Source: Craspedostauros australis
Lineage: Eukaryota
Assembly: GCA_030167865.1 (NCBI GenBank)
Contig: JALAGF010006661.1
Coordinates: forward strand, 1 to 51,322
Length of the DNA: 51,322 nucleotides
Direction of reading: 5' to 3'
In this document: positions 1 through 10,651 of the stretch, in pieces
Numbering within the stretch: position 1 is the first letter of the stretch
Layout: each line of letters starts with the position of its first letter
Notes under the pieces: model-generated
Told to the model about the DNA's origin: nothing
Databases searched by the model: none
The model's input: the letters and a program-made list of their open reading frames with translations, nothing else
Translations under genes and position numbers: made by a program

Positions 1-677
1 TGGGTCGTGAAGTCTTGGAGGGCTTGGACGATGGCCGAGAACGGGTCACTCTGACCCGTGTACTCGTCATACTTTCCACGAAGAACGTAGCAGCAGGAGC
101 AAGATGGTGCTGCATCGCCTGCATCCGCTTGTTCGGTCTTCGTTTGCTTCTGGTCGACGCCAGTGTTGCAGATACAGCACGTGTCGAGGAAGTGATCGAC
201 GAGAGCAGACTTTCCTGTACCGCTGACACCCCAGACCAGAACGGCTGGATGCACATCGAGTCTCTTGCTTGGCTTTGGTTTGGGTGCTGGCGTTGTTGCC
301 TTGGTCTTGTCCTTGGTCTTGTCCTTGGTCTTGTCCTTGGTCTTGTCCTTGTCCTCATCAGCAGATGATTCCGGTGCAGGGGGAGTGGCATTGCTCTGGT
401 GCTCCCCGATGATCTTGTCCTTCAGAGCTTTGAGCTGTTCGAGCTCTGCCTCTCTACCGAGGAATTGCGATGTGTCCTTCCATGGAGCGACGCCGCTTGA
501 GGGGCCAGCGGCATCAGGTGCGTTGGAGGTTCCGATAGCATTAGGAGTGGTTTCGGTACCGGGGTTGGTTTTGGTATTGGAGTGATGTTCTTCCTCGAAG
601 GGAGAATACTCATCTTCTTGAAAATCTCCAACAATCGGCGCCTTGCTCGCGCGGAGATGGTACTGTTCGACTTGCAT
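1..677 (-). CDS. STAND/AAA_16 (COG3899-like) NTPase paralogue, copy 0; 5' part only, runs off the window start
   Basis: Not in the ORF track. Manual translation from ATG at 677 is open to base 1: MQVEQYHL...APWKDTSQFLGREAELEQLKALK...VWGVSGTGKSALVDHFLDTCCIC...SCSCCYVLRGKYDEYTGQSDPFSAIVQALQDFTT. It is colinear with 4597..8787. Confidence 0.9.
   Translation of the reverse strand, partial: MQVEQYHLRASKAPIVGDFQEDEYSPFEEEHHSNTKTNPGTETTPNAIGTSNAPDAAGPSSGVAPWKDTSQFLGREAELEQLKALKDKIIGEHQSNATPPAPESSADEDKDKTKDKTKDKTKDKTKATTPAPKPKPSKRLDVHPAVLVWGVSGTGKSALVDHFLDTCCICNTGVDQKQTKTEQADAGDAAPSCSCCYVLRGKYDEYTGQSDPFSAIVQALQDFTT
299..350. repeat. 12-bp coding tandem repeat (CCTTGGTCTTGT)x4, encoding about (DKTK)4 in STAND copy 0
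   Basis: Direct reading. Copy 1 has only DEAKDKAK at the same position. Confidence 0.9.
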
Positions 678-2464
678 GGCGCGGTGTGGGTGAGATTAGA
701 GTAACTTGTGCGCGCAAAGAGATGCAGAGATGATCGACTTCTGCAGCATGTCAATTTTATGATGGTCTTTTGGTTGACAGCTTTTTGAGATGCTGAGACA
801 GTCTACACGCGCGCGCAGGAGGGGTCGTCTTCCTCGTTTTCTGTTGCGGGATCCCAACGAGTGATTCTGACACAAACACAAGGGAAAGCGTGATCCGTGT
901 TGTTGTTGTTGGTCTTGTGTTGACTCTCTCGCACATGCCAGCAACAACTTCGCGAAGAAAACTGTTGTGGTGTTGTGTGTTCACAGCGGCGGGCACTGGT
1001 CGCGTTGTTGATGCCTCCACCCAAAAAATGTGCGGAATTTCATCGCGAAGAGGCAATGATCGTGCCAGAAGGCCCAAGGCGCATCGTCGGCGAAGATGTG
1101 ACGAGCCACTTCCTTCTTCGTCACGTTTTTTCATGAATGCGAATGAAACCGTGGATGGTTGATACAAATATCAAGACCAGACGAGCGCCAATCGTGTGTT
1201 TCTTTGCGAAACTTGATTTATCGATGGTGCGACCGTTTCCTACTTGAATCTCTTCCGACTGATTGGCCCCCTCGTGATGGACCAGATTGACGACGACGGC
1301 GACGGAAAGATGACCAAATGACGCAGGCTTTGTTGCCGCGCGAATACCTGAGGATGAATTGGACGTGCTGGAGAAACAAGCGTTCGTTTTTGTTGGCGTG
1401 AAAACCAGTCCTGTTCGTGGTTGCCACGTACAATTGAAGCCTCTTGGGGTGACATATCCATGACCATATATGACTGGAATTATGTCATTCATGACAGAGG
1501 GAACGATCAAAGATGATTGTGCTTCTTGAATCCTGGTTTCGAAGGAGCTCCGGTGAATTGCATAATTGCACTCAATACAGCATTTGTACGGAGGTTGTGG
1601 TATTATATCCATTGATTTTATTTACTCAAACACGAACGTTTGACTCGATCGATCTAAGTGAACTGGATAAACACTATTATATATTTTACCGTTGATACCA
1701 CCACCAACAACGAGCGCTGTCCAACACGCGCACATCTGTACCCACCAGAAGTTGGATTCGCGCGAAGTTGTCAGAATTGTGGTCGTTCGCGCCACCCAAC
1801 ACACCACTCTGGACACCATCGAAACCCACGTTGTCCCGCTGGTCCACATCCTCTCTGGAGAGAGGCCAGGATGGAGTTTCTCACGTGCAAGGAGTGATGG
1901 CAGCCACGATCGTGGGAGACTTCGAAATTATCCAAGCGCCATCTGTTGCTATTTCTCTTCCTCTCCGTCGCCTTTGGTTGGATAGGAACTACGAAAATGC
2001 CTCCCAACAGCAGGAGCCAAGGGAGAGAGAGTCGCCCACGTATTCGCACATGGCTACGTGTACGAGGCATTGGGTGCGTACAGTCCTCGTGTTGCAGATC
2101 CTTCGACAGGAGCATCGCTCTCTTCGTCACCCACGGCAGGAACTCCAGACATGGGAAAAGGAGCTGAATAGGGCCTCCTGCACGAGAACCTGCTACTCTC
2201 TGCTCCACCACTCCGTCTTGCACCCATGAGCGATAGGAAGGTAGGAAACGGCCCGAGATCGACAAGAGGAGGAGCAAAAGCGACATCGGCACGATGGTGA
2301 CAATCAACAACTCGCGCCATGGAGTGTGATGGCACGATAAACAACGAAGCGGAGACACAACGCAACCAGCTCAACCCATGCGCTTTCATCACATGTGACC
2401 AGCAGAACGATCATAATTCTCGGCCTCCATCCCATCACCACCGAGTCAATCATCAAGGTCGACC

Positions 2465-4325
2465 ATGTTCGGATCCGTCGTCTCTGCTCCAGTCAACGTA
2501 ACTGCATCTGCCTTTGGCAGGCTTGATTCTGGCCACGATACCGCATCGTTGGTCGCCACTGCCTTTTTGGTATTTGCGGTGGCCACCTTGGGCATCCGCC
2601 GGCTCTCTGGTCTCCAGTTGGGCGGATCAATAGCCAAATCGGCTCGAGCCCAAGATGAGAAGCCTGGACGGCCACCAAGGATCCCGCATTGGATCCCATG
2701 GCTTGGAAACACCTTGCAGCTTGTGAAGCTTGGGTTTGGCGGTCTTGCCCAGAAGTATCGCGAGGAGGTGGAGGGAGCACCGATGGTCTCAATTCTCGTG
2801 GCCGGCGAAACGATGCACATCGTCACAGATCCAGTCATCTTCCAGGCTGTGTTTCGTTTTGGGATGGATACGCTATCCATGCGCCCAATGTTTGAGCCCT
2901 TGTGCGAAAACATGTTCGGCGGCAACGCGCAAACAGGCGAATTCATCTACGGCCCCGTGCGCAAGCCCATTAACAACGTGACGCACAAGCTGTTGGCGAC
3001 CAAGGACGGATTGGCGGTGACCAACAAGCGATTGCAATCGTTGCTGATGGACCGAGTCAAGATCTGCATGGAGCAATCCGGTGATGGCAGAGCTCAATTC
3101 CAGCTGCGGGACTTCACCCGCAAGGTGATCTTCAATGCCGTCCTCCAAACAATCATATCGAATTCTGCGTTTGACGATGAGTTTTGCGAGTCGTATTGGA
3201 AGTTCGACGCTGCGATCCTCAATGTGGCGAAAGGCCAAGACGTCAAGAAGGCCAACAAGCCGGCATACGAGGCCCGCGAAAGGATCAAGGCCTTCTTGAG
3301 GTCGGACTCGTTTCAGCCGTCGGACTTCGTACTGGAACGAAACCGCCTCTGCAGCAAGCACAACGGAACCAACGATGACATCACGGACTGCCTGCTTCTA
3401 TTGGTACGTGCAACACTTTTTTGCGTCCGAGCGCAGCGGCCTGCAACACGCTAGGATGGAATCGTTCTATTTCCACCATGATGATGTGACTGTTCGACCA
3501 ATACGGCACGCTTATTACAGCAGCTCACACAATGATGGGAAGTCGCCCTCCTCGTCCCTCTTCTCTTTTTTGCATCCTACCGACCATGCAACGCTGCTCT
3601 GTTCTGCTCTACACTAATCTGTTTTTCTCGCACATTCCTCCATGTCCCTGCAGTTATGGTCATCAGTCACCAACTTCATTCCGTCGATATTCTGGATGCT
3701 GTACTTCGTATGCAGCAGCCAGGACACCATGAAGCACCTCCGAGAAGAGGCCGACGCTATTCTATCCAAGCGGTCTGCCGATGACGCTCCCTTCGACGGC
3801 ACATTCACCATGGATGAAGTGAATGAAATGGAGCGCGCAGAGGCTGTGCTCAAGGAATCCATCCGGATGTCGCAGTACACCATAGTGTCGCGTCGTGCGA
3901 TGAAGGACTTCGTGTTGGACTTGAAGCTGAAGAGCGGACGTCAAAGCAAATACGAAATGAAGGAAGGTGAAGCGATCATCATGTACCTTCCGATGTTGCA
4001 CCATGACGAGCACGTTTTCGAAAACCCATCCGAATTCCAACGGGACCGTTTCTTACCAGATCCAAGCACGGGAAAGAAGAAGGTATACCGCACCAAGGAA
4101 GGCGAAGTCATTCAGGACCCGTTCCGAGGCTTTGGAGGCGGTGCGCACTACTGTCCAGGCCGCAAATTTGTGGCGACTGCGGCCAAGAACTTCGTGGCCG
4201 GCTTGATCTATCAATTCGACGTCAAGGTGGAGGGGGAAACTGGGCTTGATCAGGGCCGAGATGCGTGCGGGGTGCTAGAACCAACGAACGACGTCGGTCT
4301 GACCATCAAGCCAAGGCAACGATGA
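2465..4325 (+). CDS. Cytochrome P450, CYP7/CYP8-clan-like; exons 2465-3403 and 3654-4325 (about 536 aa)
   Basis: N-terminal TM anchor, PPRIPHWIPWLG proline hinge, ExxR (ESIR) and heme motif FGGGAHYCPGRKF. A phase-0 intron 3404(GTACGT)-3653(CAG) with ACTAAT branch site restores the I-helix LLLLWSSVTNFIPSIFW, which resembles CYP7A1 LWASQANTIPATFW. Confidence 0.9.
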
Positions 4326-4596
4326 AGCGGCGCTGCTACAAGTGTCGCGACTACAATTCGTTTTTACATCACGTCCGCGCAACTGAACTGATTGCCACAG
4401 TCCAAACGAACAGTTTGCCTCCAGCATGGTTGTCCACCGAAGCAGAACATGGGATCAGCTCGGGCTCGCTGTTGCAAATAATAAATGCATATACTACTCA
4501 TTCTTTACTACTGCTTGTGCATCAAACGTGCAAAGACATGGTCCTCGCACGTACGTGTATTGCATAGTATGGTGCGTTTGCCCACATATGCGTGTC

Positions 4597-7500
4597 TTAA
4601 TCTATGTCTGTCAGCACAGAGAAGTCATCTTCATCGACGCCCACGGAACCATCCAGACCATCCCCAAGCTCCGATCCGAGCACCAGCACATTGCCACCAG
4701 ACCCGGAGCCAGCGCCGCCCTTGCTGCGATCAGAAAAGACATCGAGTTCAGAACATCTGGTGGTGATGGCCCCAGTGAAAGTGTCCCGGGTGATCCCGAA
4801 GAGATAGTTGCCGTTGCCATCGTCGGTGAGACCCTCCGGACGCTGACGTTCCGGATCGTTGAGGGTCTTCAAGTACTGCTTGCGCCGCTTCTTGATCTCG
4901 GTGACCTTGCTCTTACAGCCCCACGCCTTGTAGTAGTCGACGGCGTGAACGAAGTAGTTACCAACCATCTCCTTGGAGCCGTGCTCTGCGAAGTGCTCTC
5001 CGGCCAGCTCGTTGGCGAGAGCAACGTCATGGATGCAACCGGCCTTGGTTGATGCGATGATCGCAAGGTTGTAGGCATGCTGGATCTTGGAGTGGACTTT
5101 GTTCTTCGTGCTGATCGCGACCTCTTCGGCTTCCAACAGGAGAGCTTCGTGAGCCCAGGTCCGACCTCTGGTCTTGATGATCGTCCTCAGCTGCTTGATT
5201 AGCTTGCGCACGGTGGCCAGGTCGCGGTTGTTTCCTGTCTGCCTGTATTTTGCCGCGGTGATGATCCCAATCAGGAACGTCTCCCCGACCTTGACCATCG
5301 TCGACACTTCTCCTGTGCAAATGAACAAAAAGTTGCCGAGTAGTCGTTCCGCCTGGGCATACCGCCGATGGTAGAATGCCGCGTAACCTCGGGTGTAATT
5401 CACCATGGCTTTCTGGATAACTTCGGATGGGTCGAGCGGCTCCGTTCGGGCATCACGAAGAGCCAGCTGATCGATCTCGTTCCAGTCGATGGGGGCCTTT
5501 TCCATGAACCAATCGAACAACACTTTCATGTGTTCTGCTTGGCCACTGTGTGCTGTGATTTTGTAGGTTTGCAGCTGTTCGAGGACTTCGTCGTAGCCCT
5601 TGCTCAGCGAGCTCAATTCCAACCCAAACGAAAACCCCATTAGGATGCAGCATTGATAGTTCATGAGGCCGATGCCGAATTCGCCCAATTCCATCGAATT
5701 CAAGTAGCCCCGTCTGAACTGCGCCAGCATATCGTTGAAGGTATGGCTGTATGGGATGATGTAATAAGCCGAAATGAAGCGGAAGTTGCCCTCGAATTGC
5801 CGCCCTTGTACATGATCGAGGATATGCTCACCAAGGGCCATGCAACGTTCGGCCATGGCTTGGTCTCCCAGGCTGCCCATCACGAATCCGTACGAGACAA
5901 TGGCACCCGCGGAGTCTCCGCAGATGCCATACTTGATGGTCATGGCCATCATCTTGCAGAGATTGAGGATCACCATGAGCATCTTGTTCACTGCCTTGGC
6001 GCACGATGCGAAGTCCGCGGCGATCTTCATGGCGAATAGCTTCTTTGAATCTGTCATCCATGGGCGCGCGAGAATCTCTTCATTAGTGTGCTTCTTCATG
6101 AAGGATTTGATCTTCATCATGTACCTCGCGATGTGTAGCGAGTACCATCGCTTGGGGAACGATTTCAACGACTGGAGGAGACGCAGCTCTACGTCCAGAG
6201 TTTCTCCGTGACGGTCCTGTCTGCCCAAGGCTCTTGCCATGGAGAAGTACGTCGACGTCTTGTCCTCCAACGACCGCGCTCTTTCCAGGACTTCGTTGCT
6301 GAGACTGTAACCCACTTCGTAGTTGCCTAGCGACAGTTCGACGTCAGCACGCTTGCTGCAGACCTGCAAGCAGATGTCGTAGTGCTCGTCGCTGTCCCAG
6401 ATCGATGGGCTGGCAGCGACTCGGGTGCTGGCAGAACCGCCAGTCTTGTGGGATGTGCTGGAAGATGCGCTGCTTCGCACACGACGCAATGCGGTGTGTG
6501 CCTTCTGCAGGTACCCGACAGCCGACTCCAGGGCCGCCATCTCCAAGGCCTTCTCGCCGACCTCCAGGTTCATGGTGACGGTGAACATGTGATTCTTGGC
6601 CTGTACGCTGTTCAAGTGGTCCGCGGCCACGAACAGGAGACCGTCATCTACCTCGGAAGTGGTGAAGGTTGAAGTGAAGGTTTCGGCCGACGTTGTCGAA
6701 TGCGTAGATTGAGACGACATGTTGGTGCTGTCTTGCACCGCGGTTCCGCTCCCCTCCTTGAGCCCATGCTTCGCTCCACGATTCTCATCGCTGTCATCCT
6801 CTTGCTCACTTTGGAGATGGAGCTGCAGGCGTCGGTACATCTTCAGCAAGCAGTGACCGATGCGCACGCGCAGCTTGTCACGGGCCTCGCCGGCTGGGAT
6901 CATGCCCTGTGCGGCCTGCTGGATGCGATCGTGCGCAAAGTGATACTTGGTACCTCCGATGGGGTTGGAGATCAGACGCTCCAGAACTGCAGTTTCCAGC
7001 ACGTCGGAGAGTTCTTGCTTGGAGGAGATACGGGCCATGGAGTCGATCTCACCATCCACATGCTTGCACTCGTTCTCGAGGACGCGAAGCAGCACGGAGA
7101 CGTCGAACATCGATCGGATGTAGGCGGCAACCGATAGAATCTGCTGCAGCTGCAGCGGGAGGCCACGCAGCTTGGACTCGATGATGCCGATGATGCTATT
7201 GCTGATGGGCAGCTGGGCGCTGCCGGCGTTGCTATCATCGTCGTCCTCTGGGTTGGAAAGACTCCATTCCCATTGCTGGGAAATGGGGTTGAAGGCGAGG
7301 ATGCCCTTCCTTTCGAGTTCTTCGAGAGCCTGCAAGGTGAAGTAGACGTTACCCTCTGTCTTGGCGTGGAGCTTCTCGGACAGATCTTCGATGTCGTTGC
7401 AGTCCAGCATGCTCGAGAGCCATGCCGTCATGTCATCCAGAGTGAGGTTCGTGATGGTGATCTGCTGGAGGCTTCGCGTATGACGGCGCTTGCTGGCTTG

Positions 7501-8787
7501 AGACAACGATGTGGCCGCGGACATAGTTGATCCATCATCAGGGCCAGCAGCTGCCTTTTGGTTGCTATCGATGGCAGCATCTGGCGACAGCGGCGCGACG
7601 AGGCACCGTGCCAGAGGATGGTCGGGGGTGAGATCCAGCGGTTCGTCAGTGTGCGGGTTGGTGTCCTGGCGGATGGCGCCCAGCAAGAGGAAGTTCTTGA
7701 GCCCTGGGTCAGCCACCACTTGGGCGATCAGGTTGAGGCCAACCTCGGCGGACCACTGCAGATCGTCGAGGAACATGTAGATGGGTCGTTCCTTCGTCGA
7801 GACTGCCCTGATGAACTGGCCAAATATGTACTGAAGTTGGTTCCACGCCTTTTCTGTCATGACTCCATCTGCCGCCGGTGAGGACGAGTCGCCGTTGAGT
7901 TGGCTGCCATGCATGCTCATGCTGCAGTCATCGCGGTGGCTGACGGACTGGCTCATGACGGAGGCGTCGCCTCGTGTGGACTTCGACGTCAGGATGGACA
8001 GAGATGGCACCACTTTCACCATTGGACGCAGTCCACCAGTGGGGAAGGCCTTCCGCACGCATTCACGCATGCGATCGAGTTCTTCCTTGGGTCCGTTCTT
8101 GAGCTGGGTCGTGAAGTCTTGAATGGCCTGCACGATGGCCGAGAATGGGTCACTCTTTCCTGTGTACTCGTCATACTTTCCGCGAAGGACGTAGCAGCAG
8201 GAGCAAGATGGCGCTGTCGCTGCTTGATTGTTGTTCAGCTGCTGCTTCTGCTGCTTCTGGTCGACGCCAGTGTTGCAGATGCAGCACGTGTCGAGGAAGT
8301 GGTCGACGAGAGCGGACTTTCCTGTACCACTGACACCCCAGACTAGTGCTGCTGGATACACTTCGAGTCTCTTGCTTGGCATTGATTTGGGTAGTGGTGG
8401 TGCCTTGGCCTTGTCCTTGGCCTCATCAGCAGATGATTCCGGTGCAGGGAGAGTGGCATTGCTCTGGTGCTCCCCGATGACCTTGTCCTTCAGAGCTTTG
8501 AGCTGTTCGAGCTCCGCCTCGCGACCGAGGAATTGCGATGTGTCCTTCCATGGAGCGACGCCGCTTGAGGGGCCAGCGGCACCAGTCCCACCGTCGTTCA
8601 TGGTGTTGGTGTTAGGGTTGGCGTCGTCTTTGGCTATGCCAGATCCATCGTCGATGGAAGAGAAGGAGGTGCTGGCGTTCTGTTCTCCTTCCTCCGCTGC
8701 TCCTGTGGAGGAGCATCCGTCCTTTTGGAACTCACCGATAGACGCTGGGAGGTCGTCAAAACAGATTTGGGCATGTTGGATCTCCAT
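4597..8787 (-). CDS. STAND/AAA_16 (COG3899-like) NTPase with helical TPR-like C-terminus, copy 1 (1396 aa, intronless)
   Basis: FLGRE.EL motif, Walker A GVSGTGKS, GKYD, Walker B MFLDDLQWS, KTEGNVYF, YHFAHDRIQQAA, AADHLN and ALANELAGEHF...YYKAWGCKSKV. These motifs are typical of the ATPase/TPR core of bacterial kinase-ATPase-histidine-kinase proteins. Confidence 0.88.
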   Translation of the reverse strand: MEIQHAQICFDDLPASIGEFQKDGCSSTGAAEEGEQNASTSFSSIDDGSGIAKDDANPNTNTMNDGGTGAAGPSSGVAPWKDTSQFLGREAELEQLKALKDKVIGEHQSNATLPAPESSADEAKDKAKAPPLPKSMPSKRLEVYPAALVWGVSGTGKSALVDHFLDTCCICNTGVDQKQQKQQLNNNQAATAPSCSCCYVLRGKYDEYTGKSDPFSAIVQAIQDFTTQLKNGPKEELDRMRECVRKAFPTGGLRPMVKVVPSLSILTSKSTRGDASVMSQSVSHRDDCSMSMHGSQLNGDSSSPAADGVMTEKAWNQLQYIFGQFIRAVSTKERPIYMFLDDLQWSAEVGLNLIAQVVADPGLKNFLLLGAIRQDTNPHTDEPLDLTPDHPLARCLVAPLSPDAAIDSNQKAAAGPDDGSTMSAATSLSQASKRRHTRSLQQITITNLTLDDMTAWLSSMLDCNDIEDLSEKLHAKTEGNVYFTLQALEELERKGILAFNPISQQWEWSLSNPEDDDDSNAGSAQLPISNSIIGIIESKLRGLPLQLQQILSVAAYIRSMFDVSVLLRVLENECKHVDGEIDSMARISSKQELSDVLETAVLERLISNPIGGTKYHFAHDRIQQAAQGMIPAGEARDKLRVRIGHCLLKMYRRLQLHLQSEQEDDSDENRGAKHGLKEGSGTAVQDSTNMSSQSTHSTTSAETFTSTFTTSEVDDGLLFVAADHLNSVQAKNHMFTVTMNLEVGEKALEMAALESAVGYLQKAHTALRRVRSSASSSTSHKTGGSASTRVAASPSIWDSDEHYDICLQVCSKRADVELSLGNYEVGYSLSNEVLERARSLEDKTSTYFSMARALGRQDRHGETLDVELRLLQSLKSFPKRWYSLHIARYMMKIKSFMKKHTNEEILARPWMTDSKKLFAMKIAADFASCAKAVNKMLMVILNLCKMMAMTIKYGICGDSAGAIVSYGFVMGSLGDQAMAERCMALGEHILDHVQGRQFEGNFRFISAYYIIPYSHTFNDMLAQFRRGYLNSMELGEFGIGLMNYQCCILMGFSFGLELSSLSKGYDEVLEQLQTYKITAHSGQAEHMKVLFDWFMEKAPIDWNEIDQLALRDARTEPLDPSEVIQKAMVNYTRGYAAFYHRRYAQAERLLGNFLFICTGEVSTMVKVGETFLIGIITAAKYRQTGNNRDLATVRKLIKQLRTIIKTRGRTWAHEALLLEAEEVAISTKNKVHSKIQHAYNLAIIASTKAGCIHDVALANELAGEHFAEHGSKEMVGNYFVHAVDYYKAWGCKSKVTEIKKRRKQYLKTLNDPERQRPEGLTDDGNGNYLFGITRDTFTGAITTRCSELDVFSDRSKGGAGSGSGGNVLVLGSELGDGLDGSVGVDEDDFSVLTDID

Positions 8788-10651
8788 GATTGGTTTGGCT
8801 TGACGTACGTACTGAGGTGTGGCGCGGTGCGGTGAGGACTATTGTCTCAAATATTGGTGCATATAATAGGTGTTGTGCGGTGCACTTGTGATGTTTGAGG
8901 AGGAGGTGCGGATGCAATTTGTGGGCTGTTCGTGTCCTCTGCATGATTGCAATCGCGCGAGGCAGAGGTTTCTGCTCGCTTGCGCGATGGTCGCTGTGGG
9001 GACCATCGCGTGTTTCTTTCCATTACGGGAGGATCGCTTCGTGCTATTCGCTGGTCGATAGGAGCGTCTCCCCTTGAGAGAACGACTGCTGCTTGGTTTG
9101 TCCAACTCGTATGTGCGGTGAACAAGGGTGCCGCAGCTCGTATTCATGCCGTGCCACACCACGCCACACCACACCGCGCTCTGAACTGCCTGCATTCGCC
9201 TCTCAGAGATTGCGGCTCCCAGTTTCTCACACGAGGATTCCACCAGTTTCGCTCGACGGTGCAAGACAACTCGCACATTGTCGGTAACAGCTCAAAACGG
9301 GATGCGTTTGGATTCGAGAAATTAGCAGGGACAGATGTCCATGACCGGCGTGTGACAGGGGTGCTCACCGAAGTGCGGTTTCGCCTTGCTGGCCGTCTGC
9401 CAGAGATATCAATCAGCTGCGAAGCACTCGTTCGGCACGGTTGCTTCGCAGGATCCCTCGGATGCGAACCTTGTGCCATTTCGCGAAGGCACCATCCATT
9501 CGCCCACAGATGATGAACGTGCCCATGCCGCACCGTTCATGACCAGGGGCAACGATGCCAACGCAAGAACGAGTGGTGGACGTGCTTGGTGGGGAAAGCA
9601 CGAGCGTATTACACCCCTCCGTTGCCCAGGGGCGGCAAAGGTGCTGGTTCCCGAACGGAAGGGCTCGTTGGTGCGGCTTTTCTCTTCGATGATCAGTGGT
9701 TGTTGGGAAGAGGAAATGCGGACTGCTATCTTGACAGATGGAAGGTTGTCATGGAATCTTGGCCAAATCCAACCACACAGCCTCCAATCAATTATGACCA
9801 AGGCGGAAAACCGCTGTCTTTGCGCAAAGTATCTTTCCCGGTCGTGGACTGACTTTGATCTTCTGTTGTACCGAAAGCGTAGCACCTTTCGTTCCGTCGC
9901 CACTTCCGCTCCACAATGAAACAACAGTTTCCACGATTGAGAATTTCCAAGGTGACAGTCTGTGTAATCTTGGAGGGAGTTTCAACAGACAGACGCACTG
10001 CACAAGACTGACGGAAATGGAAACAGTCAACGCCGCATTGACAAACAGACGTTGTGTCTGCGCGTCACAAGAGCTGTGCCTCCGTCGTGAACGACGACCC
10101 ACTCACACGGACTCCGCAACACAATGGTCGCCTGTCCGCTGATGGCATGTACAAGCTAGGAATACGCGGATAGTATGGTATAATACGAGTATGAACGGAG
10201 GAATGGTCGTCGCTGAAGGGGTACAGTCTGCCACAAAGGTGAGAGGAGAAGCGTGCAGGATGCGGCCGATCCCGCGTTGGGATCATCGTATCGATCTGCC
10301 ATGGCATCTGCGCATCTCACGAGCGCCGTCGAACATCGTTCTTCCCATTCACGCAAGTGTGCACGGTACGACAAGCACGATGCTAACACACCAAAGCGAA
10401 TGGCACTGAACCGTGCTTGCGAGGGGCGAGCACGCAGTTCGTGGCAACATGCAGTTGTTGCGACGTCATTGCAACAAACTGCACCGGGAAGAGTAGTCGT
10501 ACTCGCGGCACAGAATCGTGAATCCTCCAGATTACTATTATGATATATTATGTGATAAAACATGTTGTATGACAGTTAATGTACGATCTATCGCATCCAG
10601 TAAGTGTGCTCTGCGTGCCCCGTCTCCCCATCCCATACTCCTTACTTGCGA

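Noticed and set aside
700..2460. Several 70-195 aa ORFs between STAND copy 0 and the P450
   Set aside because: No recognisable motifs, they overlap in conflicting frames, and most use non-ATG starts. Treated as intergenic.
8800..10600. ORFs of up to 188 aa between STAND copies 1 and 2 (similar ones at 14750-16200 and 20400-21450)
   Set aside because: No domain signal and no conservation between the paralogous spacers, so no small cognate effector gene could be supported.
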